Source of the DNA: Candidatus Micrarchaeota archaeon
Lineage (GTDB): Archaea; Micrarchaeota; Micrarchaeia; Anstonellales; Bilamarchaeaceae
DNA length: 8,306 nucleotides
Assembly (NCBI GenBank): GCA_037440825.1
Contig: JBBITJ010000045.1
Span: 1-8,306 of the forward strand
Direction: 5' to 3'
Position numbers and translations under genes: made by a program. Under the pieces are notes generated by a model, which saw only the letters and a program-made list of their open reading frames with translations, searched no databases and had not been told where the DNA came from. Below are positions 5,260 to 8,306 of this stretch, piece by piece (position 1 is the stretch's first letter; each line of letters starts with the position of its first letter).

Positions 5260-6654
5260 ATGGCTGACAAGAAGATGCTCTGGGGCGGGAGATTTGAAAA
5301 ATCCCCCAAGGAGATAGTATTCAATTATATGAGCAAGGAGAACGTGGAGCTTGACTCCCGACTCGTGAGATACGACATCCTGGGCTCAATCGCGCACGTG
5401 AAGATGCTCTGCGAGCAGGGCATCCTGAAGAAGGACGAGGCGGACGCGATCATTTCCGCGCTCAAGGCCGTGCTGAAAAGCCATGAAAACGGGAAATTCC
5501 TGCTGGACAAGAAGCTGGAGGACGTGCACATGAACGTGGAGGCGGAAGTGACCAAGCTCACGCCGCATGGGAAGAAGATGCACACCGCCCGCTCGCGCAA
5601 CGACCAGGTCGCGGTTGATACGCGGCTCTACCTGCGGGACGAGTTGCTTTCGGCAGCGGAGCAGGTGGTGCGCTTGCAGAAATCATTCGCGAAGCTTGCG
5701 GAAAAGGATGCTCCGATGCCGTCCTACACGCACACGCGCGTGGCCCAGCCCATAACCGTTTCTTTCTGGTGCGAAAGCTACGTGCAATCCCTGGGGCGGG
5801 ACCTTGAACGCATATTCGACGTGTACAAGAAGGCGAACCGCAGCCCGCTTGGAGCGTGCGCGATATCCGGTACGCCGTGGAAGATAGACCGCAAGCGCAC
5901 CGCAGAATTGCTGGGCTTCGACTCCGTGCTGGAGAATGAGATGGATGCAATAGGCTCGCGCGGAGAGCTGGAAGCAGAGGTGCTTTTCACACTCTCGCAG
6001 CTCATGGCGAAGCTTTCGCGATTCGCTGAAGAAACGATATGGCTCTCACAGAAAGAGATCATCATAATAGGCGACGAATACACCACCGGAAGCTCTATAA
6101 TGCCGAACAAGAAAAACCCGGACGTTTTGGAATTGGTGCGCGGCCGCACGGGCAGGGTTTACGGAAACCTGCTGCACGCGCTCACCGTGCAGAAGGGGCT
6201 CATGAGCGGGCATAATACCGATACGCAAGAGACGAAGTATGCGGTAATGGCCGGACTGGACACTACGAAAGAATGCCTCGCGGTCCTGATAGACCTTGTG
6301 CCCACGCTTGAATTCGACGGGAAAAAGATGGCTGAGGAAATGAAGAATGGCTACGCGAACGCCACCGAGCTCGCGGATCTGATGGCCATGAACGGAATAC
6401 CGTTCCGCGAGGCGCACGAGAAATCGGGAAAACTGGTAGGCGAGCTTGCGAAGCAGGGCAAATTCATAGAGGACCTGACCCCTGCGGAGATAAACAGGAT
6501 GCTTGGGACCAAGCTGGACGAGAAGAAGATTGCGGAGGCGATTTCACTGAAGAAACCCCGCCTTTCCAGAAAGGTCAGGATCAGCGGAGAGTGGACGGAC
6601 AAGATAGGCGCGGAGCGCAAGAAGATAGATGCGGCTTTCGCGGCGCTCATCTGA
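5260..6654 (+). CDS. argH: Argininosuccinate lyase
   Basis: Motifs LWGGRF, EDVH, HTARSRNDQV, YTH..AQP, fumarase/ASL signature GSSIMPNKKNPD, PFREAH; directly follows argG. Confidence 0.97.
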   Translation: MADKKMLWGGRFEKSPKEIVFNYMSKENVELDSRLVRYDILGSIAHVKMLCEQGILKKDEADAIISALKAVLKSHENGKFLLDKKLEDVHMNVEAEVTKLTPHGKKMHTARSRNDQVAVDTRLYLRDELLSAAEQVVRLQKSFAKLAEKDAPMPSYTHTRVAQPITVSFWCESYVQSLGRDLERIFDVYKKANRSPLGACAISGTPWKIDRKRTAELLGFDSVLENEMDAIGSRGELEAEVLFTLSQLMAKLSRFAEETIWLSQKEIIIIGDEYTTGSSIMPNKKNPDVLELVRGRTGRVYGNLLHALTVQKGLMSGHNTDTQETKYAVMAGLDTTKECLAVLIDLVPTLEFDGKKMAEEMKNGYANATELADLMAMNGIPFREAHEKSGKLVGELAKQGKFIEDLTPAEINRMLGTKLDEKKIAEAISLKKPRLSRKVRISGEWTDKIGAERKKIDAAFAALI

Positions 6655-7096
6655 TTTCTATCCTGTCGCCCTCTCTTATCCCGTGCAACATGGAGAAGTT
6701 CTGGTTGACTTCCAATACGTAATACGAGGGCCATTGCGAGATGTAGATGGTGCAGTTGGGCATCCGGTTTTCAGTCCCTTCGTCGGCGCACGGCTCCATC
6801 TCCTGTATGTCAACTATGGTCAGGTTCCGGTCTATGAATATAGCTTCCAGGGGGATTTTCGTATTCACCATCCAGAACGCGTGGTATGCGCTCTCGCCCA
6901 TGTAGAACAGCATGCCCTCGTTCTCCCTGAGCTCCTTGCGGAACATCAGACCCTTCCCTATCGTTTCAGGCGTGTCGGCTTTTTCAGCCAGGACCGATAC
7001 GTTAGCGCCTTCGAAATGGACCGTGACCCGCTGGCTCAGGCAACCCAGAAGCAGGAGCGAAATGATTAAAAAGAAGACAAATGATCCGCGCCTCAT
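6647..7096 (-). CDS. DUF192 family protein with lipoprotein-like signal peptide
   Basis: MRR-hydrophobic-LLLGC N-terminus; ADTPE...GLMFR, GMLF, FWM.NT.IPL...FID, YVLEVN motifs. ATGA overlap with the fbp stop. Confidence 0.9.
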   Translation of the reverse strand: MRRGSFVFFLIISLLLLGCLSQRVTVHFEGANVSVLAEKADTPETIGKGLMFRKELRENEGMLFYMGESAYHAFWMVNTKIPLEAIFIDRNLTIVDIQEMEPCADEGTENRMPNCTIYISQWPSYYVLEVNQNFSMLHGIREGDRIEIR

Positions 7097-8208
7097 TTTT
7101 CCATCTTGACGAAGCGGTCCTTGAGCTTCTCCATGACTTTCGGCATGCTCGTGTACTCCATCTCTTCTGCCGAGAGCCTGTGCGGCTCGAAGGGTCCGTG
7201 CCTCCTCATGTAATCCGCCACGTCCAGAGCGATCTTCCGGGCGTTGTCGAACGCTATGTCGCCCAAAAGGTCCGCGGGACCGACAAGCTTTCCGTTCGCT
7301 ATCTGGAATCCCAAACCGACTACGCGGGTGGGACCGTCGAACCTGCTCGTCATGGAATTGTGCATCCCAACAGGCATGAGCGGGCCGTTGTGCGAGCCCC
7401 TCATCCAACCTGCGACAAGGTGCGGGAATGCGAACGGCTCGAGCGCCTCGCCTTGCGAGGGAAGCCCGGACTGGCACCTCACTATCGCAACCGGGTCGTC
7501 TTTTCCGACGTATTCTCCGGCAATCAGGTGAAGCTTGTCCGTGCTCACGACCGCGACTGCCTCGTGCTCTGGAACCTTGTTGCCCTTGCGCGGATAGACG
7601 CGCTTGATCACGTATTTGCTCTTTGCGCCTATGAGCGCCAGGAGCGAGTAGAGCTCCTCCGGACTGTTCAGAATGACCTTCTTGTTCTCGTATATGTCCC
7701 AAACCTCGAACGCAAAACCAGAAACCATGTGGGGGTCTATGATGAGCCCCGCGGTCGTGAACGGGTCGCCGAACATCTTGAATATGGGAAGGTTGAACGC
7801 GCCCGGATCCGTCTTGTCCATCATGAATACGATCACAGGCTCGCTCTTTCTCTCCTCGAATTCCAATTCCGCGCATCCGGGGCCCATGCCTTTTATGTTC
7901 CCGCTGAACGCATCCGCGAGCAGGTCCTGGCCTGCGCCGTAGAGCTTGAGCTCCTTGGCGATGGCCGTGGCCGCGACGAACGTGTCCCACGCGAGCGCGT
8001 GCACCTCCTTGCAATCCACGCCTTTGTCGTGCGTCATTATGAGCTGGAGATCATCGCCTACCTTCGCTACGTGATAATCGATGATTATGCCCTTCTTCTT
8101 CGCGGCCCCCAGGCTCTTGTTCGCACTCTCTATGAGCTTCTGGTGCACGTCCGAATGGCCCGTGAATCCGCCTACGTCCGCTTTTATCACTGTCAATGTG
8201 GTCTTCAT
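7093..8208 (-). CDS. fbp: Bifunctional fructose-1,6-bisphosphate aldolase/phosphatase (class V FBPase)
   Basis: Motifs IKADVGG..GH, GDD, LYGAGQDLL, DKT.PGAFN, YVGKDDP (Schiff-base Lys), GWMRGSH.GP, RFDGP, HGPFEPHRL. AGGTGA SD at 8218-8213. Confidence 0.97.
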   Translation of the reverse strand: MKTTLTVIKADVGGFTGHSDVHQKLIESANKSLGAAKKKGIIIDYHVAKVGDDLQLIMTHDKGVDCKEVHALAWDTFVAATAIAKELKLYGAGQDLLADAFSGNIKGMGPGCAELEFEERKSEPVIVFMMDKTDPGAFNLPIFKMFGDPFTTAGLIIDPHMVSGFAFEVWDIYENKKVILNSPEELYSLLALIGAKSKYVIKRVYPRKGNKVPEHEAVAVVSTDKLHLIAGEYVGKDDPVAIVRCQSGLPSQGEALEPFAFPHLVAGWMRGSHNGPLMPVGMHNSMTSRFDGPTRVVGLGFQIANGKLVGPADLLGDIAFDNARKIALDVADYMRRHGPFEPHRLSAEEMEYTSMPKVMEKLKDRFVKMEK

Positions 8209-8306
8209 GGTTTCACCTAGGAATCGAATCCATCCTATTTATGCAAACGAATAATTAATTATTCCTTCTTTTCGCCCTTGCTTGCCTTTGAAAGGAACGC
8301 GCTTAT

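Noticed and set aside
7097..8014. Long N-terminal extension of DUF192 (455-aa ORF), suggesting an overlapping gene or frameshift fusion with fbp
   Set aside because: Arg/Gly-rich off-frame reading of fbp; DUF192 has its own ATG and signal peptide at 7096.
3941..8220. Long antisense ORFs 3941-4900(-) and 7081-8220(+)
   Set aside because: They mirror argG and fbp codon for codon, as expected with GC-rich third positions, and show no recognisable motifs.

Overview
Archaeal genomic window (archaeal-type FBP aldolase/phosphatase, DUF192, TTTA-type TATA boxes, GGTGA Shine-Dalgarno sites; a DPANN/Micrarchaeota-like origin is only a guess). Protein genes: HExxH zincin-like metallopeptidase, TM-helix (MscS/CmpX-like) membrane protein, flavin reductase, a 48-aa basic ORF, an ACT-domain protein divergent from argG-argH, DUF192 and fbp. 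The most striking element is non-coding. At 2400-3120 there are two tandem minus-strand units (period 351 bp) that share a 194-bp identical core. Their diverged flanks show compensatory base changes, and each unit is closed by a long terminal stem containing a bulge-helix-bulge (BHB) motif. They look like free-standing genes for ~260-nt structured RNAs that the tRNA splicing machinery would excise and circularise. I could not assign them to any RNA family I know. All structures were folded by eye.
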